Origin: Candidatus Hermodarchaeum yapensis
GTDB lineage: Archaea; Asgardarchaeota; Hermodarchaeia; Hermodarchaeales; Hermodarchaeaceae
DNA: 61,831 bases
Assembly (NCBI GenBank): GCA_016840405.1
Contig: JAEOSK010000015.1
Span: 1 to 61,831 of the forward strand
Direction of reading: 5' to 3'
The notes below the pieces were generated by a model. It saw only the letters and a list, made by a program, of their open reading frames with translations. It was not told the DNA's origin and ran no database searches. The position numbers were made by a program, and so were the translations under genes. Below are positions 46,807 through 56,610 of this stretch, piece after piece; the first letter of the stretch is position 1; each line of letters starts with the position of its first letter.

Positions 46807-48098
46807 GTGAACTACTCCGTCCGAACTGACGGAGTTTCCTGCTTCAAGGCTTCAGCTAACGCTGACAACTCCACAGGCCCTTCCCGAGGTTCCCTCGGTG
46901 CATTGAGAGACCAAAGTCCCATCAGCTTAATATTCTTTGCAGCATTGATATCCCGATCCAATGAAAGACCACAGGTGGGACAAATCCAAACCCGGTCTGA
47001 CAACGAGAGATTCTCGTTGAGATTTCCACAACAATTGCAGCGCTTCGTTGTCGGTGCAGACTACCCCACTGCAATCAGTGTCACGCCATACCTAGCAGCC
47101 TTATAACGTAACATCTCAAGAAACTGGAACCAAGCCGCATCAGCAACTAACTTTGCAAGACGCCTGTTGCGAATCATACCGTGAATATTAGGACTTTCGA
47201 CCATAATCGCTTGGTTCTCGCGAATCAATATGGTTGAGAGCTTATGCTGAAAATCCATCCGTTGGTTGGCTAAGCGCTCATAGCAGCAAGCCAGCCTGTG
47301 TCGTGCTTTTTCCCGGTTTCGACTTCCCTGTGCTTTTTTGCTTAGTCTTTGATGCAGACATTGAAGGCCTTTCAATGTTTTTTGATAGTGTCGCGGATTC
47401 TTTATTTTCTCACCCGTGGACAAGGTGACATAAGTCGTCAAACCCAAGTCAACTCCAACTGACGCCTTATCTGTCGCTAGTGGTTTCGGTGGTGGAGATT
47501 TTCCGTCGTCGACCACAATTGATATGAAGAATTTACCAGTGATGGTCGAAACAATTGTACACATTCTTGGTTTACCAGTGAACTGGCGATGAAATACGAT
47601 CTTAACTGCTCCAATCTTAGGAAGATGAACTCGTCGAGTAACAAAATCAACACTGAAGAATTGGGGCACATCAAATGACTGTCGATGTGCTTTGCGCCGT
47701 TTGAACCTCGGATAGCCTGGTTATTCTTTTCTTTGGACAACACGACGAAAGAAGTGTTGGAAGGACATGGGGAGTCGCTTAATTGCCTGTTGCAGGGATT
47801 GAGAGTATGCATCTTTGAGAAAAGGATGGTCTCGTTTCAGTTCGACAAGGCGTTTATTCAGGTCGTACCAGCTTAAGCTGGTTTTATCCTTCTCAAAGGC
47901 TGTTTTCTTGGATTCTAACGCCCAGTTATAGACAAATCGACAAGCATCGATATTTTCCCTTATGCGTTCACGTTGGGCTTGATTGGGATAAAGGCGATAC
48001 CGGAAAGTTCTGAGCATACCGCTAGTTTTGACACAAAGAGATATTTGAAGACTCAATTCTTCCCCAATCTGAAAGACCGAATCCTTTTGCAGTCATAG
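46807..48098 (-). mobile_element. Solo tnpB element copy 4
   Basis: Left boundary TTTAT|CTATG, 13 bp from the rad50 stop; right end CTCCGTC-N6-GACGGAG-TAGTTCAC. Confidence 0.82.
46812..48017 (-). pseudogene. tnpB: tnpB pseudogene (two in-frame stops), paralog of copy 3
   Basis: MLRTFRYRLYP, RKE*PGYPRFK, GVDLG, AVG*SAPTTKRC, WICPTC, DRDINAA, all in one frame. Confidence 0.9.
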
Positions 48099-48111
48099 AT
48101 AAAGGCAACAC

Positions 48112-50478
48112 CTATTCCGAATGGATAAGTTGTCCATTGACCATTCGAAACTGATGTTCAGACGCTGATAAAACCGCTGATTGATGGCTAACCACGATAA
48201 TTTGTTGGAAGGTCTTAGATAATTCATCTTGGAGGAGACGAATGATGTTATCACGGCGTTGAATATCAGAGCCACCAAATGGTTCGTCAAGCAGAAGAAA
48301 CTGAGGTGTTGCACCCCGACCTTGGGGAAGAAGAGCGATGGCAAAGCCTAGTCGAAGGGCAAGGAGAAACTGATCTTCGGTACCGCCACTATAGAGATTA
48401 GCATCTACATATTCTCCGGCTTCAGCAGAGTACACCTTGAGACTGTAATCTTCAGAAAGTTTGGGGAATCGATATTTTCCATCTGTAATTGCAGCCAATA
48501 ACCGTTCCATGACGTACACTACTCTAGGACGAACCTGTTCACGACCACGTTCGGCCACTTCTCGGATTAATTCAATCGTAAGTTGTCCGACTTTGATATT
48601 GTCGTTTAGCTTTGTAACTTCACGTTCTTTTTTCGTAAACTCTTCCAAAATGCCTTCATTCTGTTTTAGAAGAGCAAATAACTCATCAAGACGTTCTTTG
48701 GTGTTTTTTCGATTTGCTTGCAATGTTGCTTTCTCTTCGCCAATTGTACGGATTTGCCTGTCCAAGTCTTCATACAGTTTCTCTGAATATTTTCCGATTT
48801 CTTCAGGAAGCTCTGGGAAAGTGAGGGCGGTAAGCCGTTCCTGTAGTGAACTGATATCTGTTTCAGTTTGAGTAAGATCGTCCTCAACAGCTGCGATTTC
48901 TGCTAATTGCCCTTCGATGCTTTGCAGTTGGTCATCTATTGTTTTTTGACTGGCTTTGAGCTCCATTAGCCTCTGCTCGGCTTCCTTTACGGTGTTTTGA
49001 AGAGCAGATGTATCAGATTTCTCAGGTATGTTAATTCCTTCCAGAACAGGTTCAGAGAGAGTATCAAGTTGATCGTGAACTTGTACAGATAATTTTGTAA
49101 TTTGATCTGCTAACACTTTATTTCGATCGATGTTTTCTTGGAGTTGGTCTTCATAGGTCATTTTCGCGTGATATTGAACCACCTGTTCATTGAGTTCTTC
49201 TTCTCGCTTCCTTAGCTCATCGAGTTGGGGTCCAACTCGACTGAAAGAAATGTATGTCTTAGCTAAATAGCCCAAGAAGGGAAGAGCTGCAATCAGGAGG
49301 ACAATGCCGATTATGAGATTGAAGAAAAATACACCAATTCCTGCAGATAAAAGGCCAATTGAAGGAATATAGAGCCACGGTGAAAAGAGGCGCCGTTGAT
49401 TCGTCTCTGCATCTAAGCGTTTTGCCTTAACTTGCTCATACTCAGTGGCGACATCTTCGAGGGGAGCTAGCTCATCGACTTGGCTCTTCAAACGGTCAAT
49501 GGTTTCTGTTGTCATTTGTTGTTCGTCAACTGTGGTTCTTAGTTTTTCTGTGATGGTTAGTAGCGTTTTGAAGTTCTTTTCGTCTTTTTTGAGATAGTCC
49601 GTTTGTTTCTGTTGAGTGAGAAGTTTCTTTTGTTGGGATTTGAGTTTTCCAAGGCTTCCTAATTGTTTCTTCAACCGCCTTTGTGTTTCTTTTCGGAATT
49701 GAATTTGTTGTTGTAAATTTTCTTGTTCATCTTTGACCGTTTTGAATGCCTTCACAGCGTTGTAACTCTTCTCGGTCTGAGCGAAAACCTGGCTTGTTTG
49801 CTTGAGTTGTTTTTCGATTTGGGCCAAGGCTTTCTGTTTTATTTCATATTCCTTGGTGTGCTCAAGGAAGTCTTCTTTGCTTCGGCGCAATTGATCAAGC
49901 AGTTGGTTTTCTGGATCTAACGCTTTCTTTAGGGGCCTTAATTCATTAGTGAGTTTATCGTCGACACGTGTAAAGCATTCGCGTCCCATCATGGCATTGA
50001 TAACGTGACGTCGTTCCATCTTAGCCATTTGAGCTAGGCGATCTAAGTCCTTCTGGAGGACGATATTGCTGGCGAGTAAATCACTCAAGTCAATTCCGTT
50101 GAGAAGACTATTGACTTCTTGATCTACATTCTTGACGCCAGTGGCTAGTAAGGAGGTTTGACCTGATGGAGAGAGCTTATGAAGCTGAGCAGTGCTGGGT
50201 CGTTTTCGGTGAATTTGTCGGGTAATCCGGTAGTGGGTGTTTTCAATTTCGAAATTAAGGCGGACATAGAGCTGCTCGGCATCATAGTTGATCAGGCGAT
50301 CCTTTTGTCCCAAGGGTGCTTTGTGGGTTTTTCCGAAGAAAGCGAAGAGTATTGCTTCAAAGATGGATGATTTACCAGATTCATTGGGTCCACTAATGGC
50401 GAGAATACCATGGGGGAAGGTCATGTCAACATCTAGATGTTTGAAATCCCGGGTTTCGAGTTGACGGAGGACGACCAT
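48112..50478 (-). CDS. rad50: Rad50/SbcC-family SMC-like ATPase with central transmembrane hairpin and no zinc hook
   Basis: GPNESGKSS Walker A, Q-loop VLQ, long coiled coils, YSGGTEDQ signature, LLDEPFG Walker B/D-loop, VSH; in mre11 operon. Confidence 0.88.
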   Translation of the reverse strand: MVVLRQLETRDFKHLDVDMTFPHGILAISGPNESGKSSIFEAILFAFFGKTHKAPLGQKDRLINYDAEQLYVRLNFEIENTHYRITRQIHRKRPSTAQLHKLSPSGQTSLLATGVKNVDQEVNSLLNGIDLSDLLASNIVLQKDLDRLAQMAKMERRHVINAMMGRECFTRVDDKLTNELRPLKKALDPENQLLDQLRRSKEDFLEHTKEYEIKQKALAQIEKQLKQTSQVFAQTEKSYNAVKAFKTVKDEQENLQQQIQFRKETQRRLKKQLGSLGKLKSQQKKLLTQQKQTDYLKKDEKNFKTLLTITEKLRTTVDEQQMTTETIDRLKSQVDELAPLEDVATEYEQVKAKRLDAETNQRRLFSPWLYIPSIGLLSAGIGVFFFNLIIGIVLLIAALPFLGYLAKTYISFSRVGPQLDELRKREEELNEQVVQYHAKMTYEDQLQENIDRNKVLADQITKLSVQVHDQLDTLSEPVLEGINIPEKSDTSALQNTVKEAEQRLMELKASQKTIDDQLQSIEGQLAEIAAVEDDLTQTETDISSLQERLTALTFPELPEEIGKYSEKLYEDLDRQIRTIGEEKATLQANRKNTKERLDELFALLKQNEGILEEFTKKEREVTKLNDNIKVGQLTIELIREVAERGREQVRPRVVYVMERLLAAITDGKYRFPKLSEDYSLKVYSAEAGEYVDANLYSGGTEDQFLLALRLGFAIALLPQGRGATPQFLLLDEPFGGSDIQRRDNIIRLLQDELSKTFQQIIVVSHQSAVLSASEHQFRMVNGQLIHSE

Positions 50479-50482
50479 TTCC

Positions 50483-51646
50483 CTACCAGCCTCCCAATTC
50501 TTCGAGGAGCCCGAGACCTCGTTCTAAAGCCCGTTGTAACTGTTTATTCTTTTCTGGGTCCTTCTCCTGTTTTATTCGGGCATTAAGATAGTCTTGGTAT
50601 TCAGTGATTGGTGGTTTGAGTTCCGATTCAGGGGTTAGAAGATCGGGTTCGGGACTAACGTATTCTAATTCGTCAATGATTTCTGTAGAGAAACATTTGG
50701 CAAATCCATGGCGTACGACTTCAGCGCGACGGTATTTTTCTGCAGATTTAATGGTCATCATACCTTTCAAGCGAAATCGGAGAATGAGTTGTGGGTTTCG
50801 CAGGCGAGTAATTTCTTTGATGAGCATTTGGTTGATGTTTGCGTCTTTGGGAATTGTCACTTCAATAGTTTGCATTGGGCGTGTGTCAATAGGAATGAAT
50901 TTCAGGTCTTGAACGCCATCGCTGTCTAATTCGAGCCAGACGAAGCCTTTCTTTTGTCCTTCTTCTGCGAAGGTGACATGTTCAGTGCTACCGGGTGTAC
51001 AAATGGTTGTGTTGCCTACTTTTTGTTTTTGGAATTCGTGGTTATGTCCGGCGGCGAGATATGTAAGATTCCTGGGAATTGATTTGAGCATAATATCGGG
51101 TTCATGAGGGTATGTTCCACGAAGCCCTTCCACGTTATAGTGGGCGAGAAGGAGGTTTACATCACCTTTTCCTGGAATCGATAGCTGGCTTAGGGGATCT
51201 TCAGAGGGTAGCAGGGTGGGATTAAATGAGATGCCTGAGATCTCGACTTTCAGATTTTTGAGTTCGATAGTTTCGGATTGCATAGTTTCCCAGTCTTGAA
51301 AGAAGGTGACGAAGCCTGTTCTAGCGTATTCCAGTAGGGGGGCTACTCCATGGCGTCGGGCCCGAGGGACATCATGGTTTCCGCTAATGATGAAAATGGG
51401 GATATTCTTTTCGTGGAGTTTGCGGAAGGCGTCCATCACACGAGCCCGAACTGGATTTCGTGGGTTCAGACCATCAAAGAGATCACCGGAATGGAGAAAG
51501 AGGTCAGGTTTCTTTTCTAGCGCGTATTCAATTACGGTGTCGAACGAGTTCATGAAATCTTTTTTTCGTTCGTAGCGTCGGGCTTGAAATTTAACGGCCG
51601 GGATGTCTAAGTGGGAGTCGGATGTGTGGAGAATAGTGATTGGCAC
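50483..51646 (-). CDS. mre11: Mre11/SbcD nuclease
   Basis: SDSH, SGDLFD, SGNHD, LAH, AGHNH, PGSTE. Confidence 0.93.
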   Translation of the reverse strand: MPITILHTSDSHLDIPAVKFQARRYERKKDFMNSFDTVIEYALEKKPDLFLHSGDLFDGLNPRNPVRARVMDAFRKLHEKNIPIFIISGNHDVPRARRHGVAPLLEYARTGFVTFFQDWETMQSETIELKNLKVEISGISFNPTLLPSEDPLSQLSIPGKGDVNLLLAHYNVEGLRGTYPHEPDIMLKSIPRNLTYLAAGHNHEFQKQKVGNTTICTPGSTEHVTFAEEGQKKGFVWLELDSDGVQDLKFIPIDTRPMQTIEVTIPKDANINQMLIKEITRLRNPQLILRFRLKGMMTIKSAEKYRRAEVVRHGFAKCFSTEIIDELEYVSPEPDLLTPESELKPPITEYQDYLNARIKQEKDPEKNKQLQRALERGLGLLEELGGW

Positions 51647-51652
51647 GTGTGA

Positions 51653-53284
51653 TCAAACCTCAGAGAATGCTCCTTTGAGTTTCTTTTCTTGCCGTTTTTC
51701 TTCGACAAGTTGTTGGTCTATTCCCGCGGCTTTTCGGGCTTTTTTAAGTCGTGAAACTACATCAATGTCAGCTCCACCTTCCCGTGTTATTCGGGGTCGA
51801 ACCTTAATCATCACGGGAGTACGCGTAATGTCACCCACGCATACGGCTTCACCGACGTTCAGCCCAGGTAGATCATTGATGAGATCCGCGCTTAACCGTT
51901 CTGACGATTGTTCGATTGCGGTTTGATCACGCGGATTTGTGATTTTTAGGACGATTTGGCTGTTACATTGACTTAGGCTATCGGGGTGAATCCGTCCTGG
52001 TCGTTGGCTAATTAAGAGTAAAAATACTCCAAACTTTCGACCCTCTTGGGCAATACGTCGGATAATGGTTTCAGAATAGGTTCGGCTTTCAGGGGGTACA
52101 AAAGTGTGGGCTTCTTCGACAACCGCAAAAACTGGATAGGGAAAATCTCCAGACGTAACAGCATCGAATGTATCTTTTAACAAGCGGCTAACGATGTAGT
52201 CAGTACTAAGATTTCCCAACCCTGAAAGATCAATGACGGACGCATGATATGGTTTGATGATGTTGGTGATGGGTACACCACTCCGGGAAAACACCCGGAG
52301 CCGCCGTAGGCGTCGAATATATTTTACAGCATTAAGAGCACCCAATTTAATGGATTTATCCAACCCTTCGATGTTAGCCACTGTGTGTAATTCATTTTCA
52401 ATGTCCTCAGTAAGGTAGACAACATCCCGATCTTTTAGCTGTTGGAGAGCCGTGGTTAGACCTGCTCGAATGTTGGTGTACTGGCTACCGATTCCACAAA
52501 TTGAGCACAATTCTTCAAAATCGAGATCAGCTAAGCGTACCGTGTATGGTTCGACGCGACCAATATCTTTCTTGCTATAACGCCCCGTGCTTTCTGGATT
52601 TTGAAACACTGTGACACGATTTGAGAAACTGTGTTTATCACCCTTCTCTTTTTGGCTAAGAAAGACATAGTCTGCGTGTGGATCGATAATGATGATGGTG
52701 GCTCCCCGCTCCATGAGTTCTTCAATTAGCACGCCGGTGAGATAGCTTTTTCCTGCTCCAGTTTGTGCAAGAATGGCGACATGTCGTCTAAAGCCATTTA
52801 TGCGAAGATGAACTGGGATTTGCGGGCGGGAGATGAGATTCCCAACATAGACACTGGCATCTTGTGGGTATTCGTAGAATTTCGCCAGAAGATGGTTAGG
52901 GGCAATGTAGATGGGGTTCCCGGGAGTTACCGCTCGTCGAGGTAATAGTATCTGGGGAGGATGACCTTTCTTGGAGGGAACTAGATAACCTAGAACCCGG
53001 GCAATTCCCCATGTCTTAACGTCATCAATGCCAGCATCTTTGATGCGATAAATTGCCTCAATATCTAAATTACGTCGAAGAGCAAGGCTTTGCGAAGTTA
53101 TTCTTTCTACTTGGGCGAGGACCTCAACCGGTTTTAGAATTCCATCCACGAGCTCTTCCGAGTTAACTGTGAGATATTCAAACTTTGGTGGATACCGTTT
53201 TCGATCACTAGCAAATAGAAATTCTGTGGCCCGGGCTTCTTCGACAATGAATCCGACGGGTTCTTCGTTTTGTCCTTTAGCCAT
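51653..53284 (-). CDS. herA: HerA DNA translocase/helicase
   Basis: HAS barrel N-terminus, RHVAILAQTGAGKS, DPHADY, EEAH, EGRKFG, SQRP, LSQCN. Confidence 0.95.
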   Translation of the reverse strand: MAKGQNEEPVGFIVEEARATEFLFASDRKRYPPKFEYLTVNSEELVDGILKPVEVLAQVERITSQSLALRRNLDIEAIYRIKDAGIDDVKTWGIARVLGYLVPSKKGHPPQILLPRRAVTPGNPIYIAPNHLLAKFYEYPQDASVYVGNLISRPQIPVHLRINGFRRHVAILAQTGAGKSYLTGVLIEELMERGATIIIIDPHADYVFLSQKEKGDKHSFSNRVTVFQNPESTGRYSKKDIGRVEPYTVRLADLDFEELCSICGIGSQYTNIRAGLTTALQQLKDRDVVYLTEDIENELHTVANIEGLDKSIKLGALNAVKYIRRLRRLRVFSRSGVPITNIIKPYHASVIDLSGLGNLSTDYIVSRLLKDTFDAVTSGDFPYPVFAVVEEAHTFVPPESRTYSETIIRRIAQEGRKFGVFLLLISQRPGRIHPDSLSQCNSQIVLKITNPRDQTAIEQSSERLSADLINDLPGLNVGEAVCVGDITRTPVMIKVRPRITREGGADIDVVSRLKKARKAAGIDQQLVEEKRQEKKLKGAFSEV

Positions 53285-54632
53285 GTCTTAACCTCCTTTC
53301 TCTACGCCTAGGAATTAACGATATTTTCAATTCCTTTTCTACTAGGGGTTCATAAAGTGTTGTTACATCTTTTAGAGGTAATCGTGCTTCTCGATCGGCG
53401 TGCACCAAGAACACATTATACAACTCTGGACCACCATACTCTCCAAGAAGTGTCTCTAAGATTGTTTGCACACGACTGGGTGGAGGATCAAGCATTCGTG
53501 ATGCTGACACCTGTGAAAGGCGTGTTGGTATTCCAACGTTAAAGGCGGGCATATCTATGCGCATGGGTGTATCATTGTGTGCAAGTTTTGCACAAACAGT
53601 TACGAATGTCGGAAGTTGGAAAGTATCCTTCATCACGGGTACTGCCCATTTTTCAAAATCCTCATCACTTTGATAATCAACATAAACATTAGCAAAACGG
53701 CGTTGAACATAATCCGCGGGGTTCTTGGATTCATATTTGAATAAGGGAACGTCCGGGTAGGGTTCAATCGGTGTTGTGTAACCTGCTGTTTCTCCCCAGG
53801 CATGAATGAGAGCAAAATCTGGTCGCGGTCGGCGAAGTTCATAAAGTAGATCCCAAATCAGCTCATGTTGGCTTTTACTCAGGGGTAATTCTCGAAGAAA
53901 CCGGATGGCGGCTATGGCTGGCTTTTTCTCAGCCTCTAATGATTGGGCAACCTGACTGAAATCTTCAGAAGACAGTACTTTTTCCAAATCCTGTAAAACT
54001 TTGTCTCTTACTGAATCAAGGAGGAGCCGAGTAAGATGACGGGCGACGGAATCTTTACTAATTCCTAATATCAAGATTTTCCGTTTTCGACACTCCTCGA
54101 GAAGTTGGATAAAGGTCTGCATATAGCGTAGGTAGAGCTCACGTTCACCAGCATAGTTGAATGCAATTGGAACATGAGTAATTCGTCCATACAAAGATCC
54201 ATCCAAAAGTACTAAATCGACATCTGACGCGGATTGGACAGCCTCAAGAGCGACTTGATGTTCAATGTGTTCGGATCGCAAGCTCACAAGGTCAACGAGT
54301 TGTTCACGAGGAGAGGCAATCATATGTGCATTAGAAGTCACTTTGCGGTGTGATTCCCCCCAAGAGGTGTACGCGCTAGCCCGACAAATATACATGAAAG
54401 CCCCCGGAGCATACTCTCGTGTTGAACGACCACTATCCACAGCAATAACACGAAGGTCCTGCTTTTGGGGGGCAGGAAGCTTCCGCCATTCTTTTTGAAA
54501 AGCAGCCTTCAGGAGTCCATCTAGTTCAGTGGACTCTTCACCGGTTAGTCTCCGACGGAAAACGTCTCGTTTTTCCTGCAATTCATTGAGGAATAAATCA
54601 AGAAAATTTGGCATATGACCATCGCCCAACAA
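53277..54632 (-). CDS. nurA: NurA 5'-3' nuclease
   Basis: IAVDSG, E, LLDGSLYG, GISKDS, C-terminal LVHADREAR; overlaps herA start. Confidence 0.9.
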   Translation of the reverse strand: MLGDGHMPNFLDLFLNELQEKRDVFRRRLTGEESTELDGLLKAAFQKEWRKLPAPQKQDLRVIAVDSGRSTREYAPGAFMYICRASAYTSWGESHRKVTSNAHMIASPREQLVDLVSLRSEHIEHQVALEAVQSASDVDLVLLDGSLYGRITHVPIAFNYAGERELYLRYMQTFIQLLEECRKRKILILGISKDSVARHLTRLLLDSVRDKVLQDLEKVLSSEDFSQVAQSLEAEKKPAIAAIRFLRELPLSKSQHELIWDLLYELRRPRPDFALIHAWGETAGYTTPIEPYPDVPLFKYESKNPADYVQRRFANVYVDYQSDEDFEKWAVPVMKDTFQLPTFVTVCAKLAHNDTPMRIDMPAFNVGIPTRLSQVSASRMLDPPPSRVQTILETLLGEYGGPELYNVFLVHADREARLPLKDVTTLYEPLVEKELKISLIPRRRERRLRHG

Positions 54633-54808
54633 TCTATGTCACAGACCAAGTCTAGCCCCTTTAAACCTAACTCACACAAATCGATAAGTAAAATCAAAAA
54701 AACCGTAAAGCCCTTAGAATGTAACTCGCTAGCGAACACATAGAAGAGAAGTTTTTTGGGCAACCACTATCCTATGAGTTTACTATTAGATTGTGAGGAG
54801 ATTAGGTA

Positions 54809-55195
54809 ATGCAAATTGCACCAGTTCTATTCTTCGTGTCGGGAACCATCGTAGCTTTTCTTATCAGATTCTTTGCTCTGACATTCGCGATATTCTTTTC
54901 TGGCCGAATTATGGGGGGAGAAATTGTCACTTTAAGAGATGCCTTCATTGGTGCTTCAATTGTAGTAGTGGCTCAGGAAATTGTCTGGTGGATTATGTTT
55001 TTCATTTTCCCTATCGCTGCAGATCTTCTTGTTGTTGTAGTTGGTATTCTCGCGCTTATTATGACTATCATCAAATTCTATGACTTCGGATTTTTTGGTG
55101 CAACAGCCCTCGTAATGTTGGCACTGGTTATGTTTTCGGCTGTCGAGGTTATGAGCATTGCATTCTACTACATCTTCTTCGTCCCATTGCCCTAG
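54809..55195 (+). CDS. Small 4-TM membrane protein
   Basis: Almost wholly hydrophobic; IIKFYDFGFFGA motif shared with the next gene. Confidence 0.75.
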   Translation: MQIAPVLFFVSGTIVAFLIRFFALTFAIFFSGRIMGGEIVTLRDAFIGASIVVVAQEIVWWIMFFIFPIAADLLVVVVGILALIMTIIKFYDFGFFGATALVMLALVMFSAVEVMSIAFYYIFFVPLP

Positions 55196-55361
55196 CCTCA
55201 AGATTTCCTTAGAATTACTTAGAGCCAAGCAGAGTGAAGGCAGATTGTGTCATTGCGTGTTGGACACAACTAGTTCTAATCTAGACACTTGAATGACAGA
55301 ATTATAAAGGTAGAAATTCAGAAGCAGGATACACCACACCAACGAGAGTGATATTTTCACA

Positions 55362-55778
55362 ATGCAATTTGCTGAATTGATTATACTTGGACTCTCATTC
55401 CTAGTGATTTGGTTAGTAACCTCGTTCATTCTCTGGATAGTTGGTCGGATTGCCTGGGGTAAAGACGTCCAGTACACCGATGCACTACTAATCATCCTTA
55501 TCGGAAATATCATCAACTTCATTCTACTCTACTTCTTTCAATACTTCATCGAACCATACCTGCTCCCCCTAGGACTAATCGGCGTGATCCTCATTATTTC
55601 AATTCCCTGGTTGATTGTGCTAGTTGGTTACATCTTTCTGATTATGAAATTCTTCGATACCGAAATTCTGGGCGCAATTGGGGTTGGATTGCTGGTCGTT
55701 ATGATTTCAATCGCTATTGGCGTCATCTTTGTTGCCTATGGCCTCATTCTCCTCGCACTTCTTGGCTTAGCCCCTTAA
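55362..55778 (+). CDS. Small 4-TM membrane protein (paralog of preceding)
   Basis: Hydrophobic; GRI..G..V...DA and IMKFFDTEILGA motifs. Confidence 0.75.
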   Translation: MQFAELIILGLSFLVIWLVTSFILWIVGRIAWGKDVQYTDALLIILIGNIINFILLYFFQYFIEPYLLPLGLIGVILIISIPWLIVLVGYIFLIMKFFDTEILGAIGVGLLVVMISIAIGVIFVAYGLILLALLGLAP

Positions 55779-55835
55779 AGAAGGGAACTCAGTAAAAGCA
55801 GGGATTTCTCCTCCTCTACATCCTTTTTCGAAATT

Positions 55836-56555
55836 CTAGACCCTTTCAGATGTGGCTATTATCCACCAGATAGGCGTATAGATGAACTTGGGTGCAACCC
55901 AGTGAATACCTAGTTCCTCCAGTAAATCAGCTTCATCAGTAATCTCAGCTTTCATCACATCCGCATCAAATTGCCATGAAAGAATTCCTGAACGGATGTT
56001 GTGAAATCCGAGTTTTTCCAGTTCTGAAGGCAATTGGGACCCAGTATACGGGTCGGCACCTAATTTCTGTAAGGCTTCAATTATGGGATAAGTCGCATCG
56101 GGTAGAGGTTCAGTTTGTCCTTCAGAAATTTCAATCCGTTCAGTATAATCGGGTTCTATGGAGGCGAATACTCCCTTTGGACGTAGAACATATCGAATTT
56201 CTTTGAGTGCCTGTATCCGGTCAATGATCCACATCATGGTGAAATGGCTTAGGCAGAAGCTGACGACTGACTGACGGAGTGGAAGGTATGTGGCATCCGC
56301 TAGTAAAAAATGGAGAGCGCTGTGTTGTGAATGCATTCGAACAGCCTTTGATAGTAAAATTGGATCAATGTCTAGACCGATTGCGGTTACGGCAGGGTCT
56401 TCGCTGGACAATTCTGGAGTGATAGCACCAGTTCCACAACCAATATCAATGCAAATTGGTGCCTCGCTCCATTTGATGTGTTGGTAGAAGAATTGTCGTG
56501 TTGGTGTGGTTCGTTGGGCTTGTTCTTTGAGAAATGTAGAGGTATAGGGTTGCAC
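55836..56555 (-). CDS. Class I SAM-dependent methyltransferase
   Basis: DIGCGTG, GLDID, ADATYLP, VLRPKG, EPDY. Confidence 0.9.
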   Translation of the reverse strand: MQPYTSTFLKEQAQRTTPTRQFFYQHIKWSEAPICIDIGCGTGAITPELSSEDPAVTAIGLDIDPILLSKAVRMHSQHSALHFLLADATYLPLRQSVVSFCLSHFTMMWIIDRIQALKEIRYVLRPKGVFASIEPDYTERIEISEGQTEPLPDATYPIIEALQKLGADPYTGSQLPSELEKLGFHNIRSGILSWQFDADVMKAEITDEADLLEELGIHWVAPKFIYTPIWWIIATSERV

Positions 56556-56610
56556 TTGGTGTGCCTCCCATCTTCTGTTAAGCTGAGAAGGGGGATTCGG
56601 ATCTCAATTA

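Noticed and set aside
17156-48017. Stop-codon recoding (Sec/Pyl or alternative code) explaining in-frame stops in tnpB copies
   Set aside because: Stops are a mix of TAG, TGA and TAA, occur only in IS genes, and accompany other lesions (lost ATG, lost catalytic Asp)
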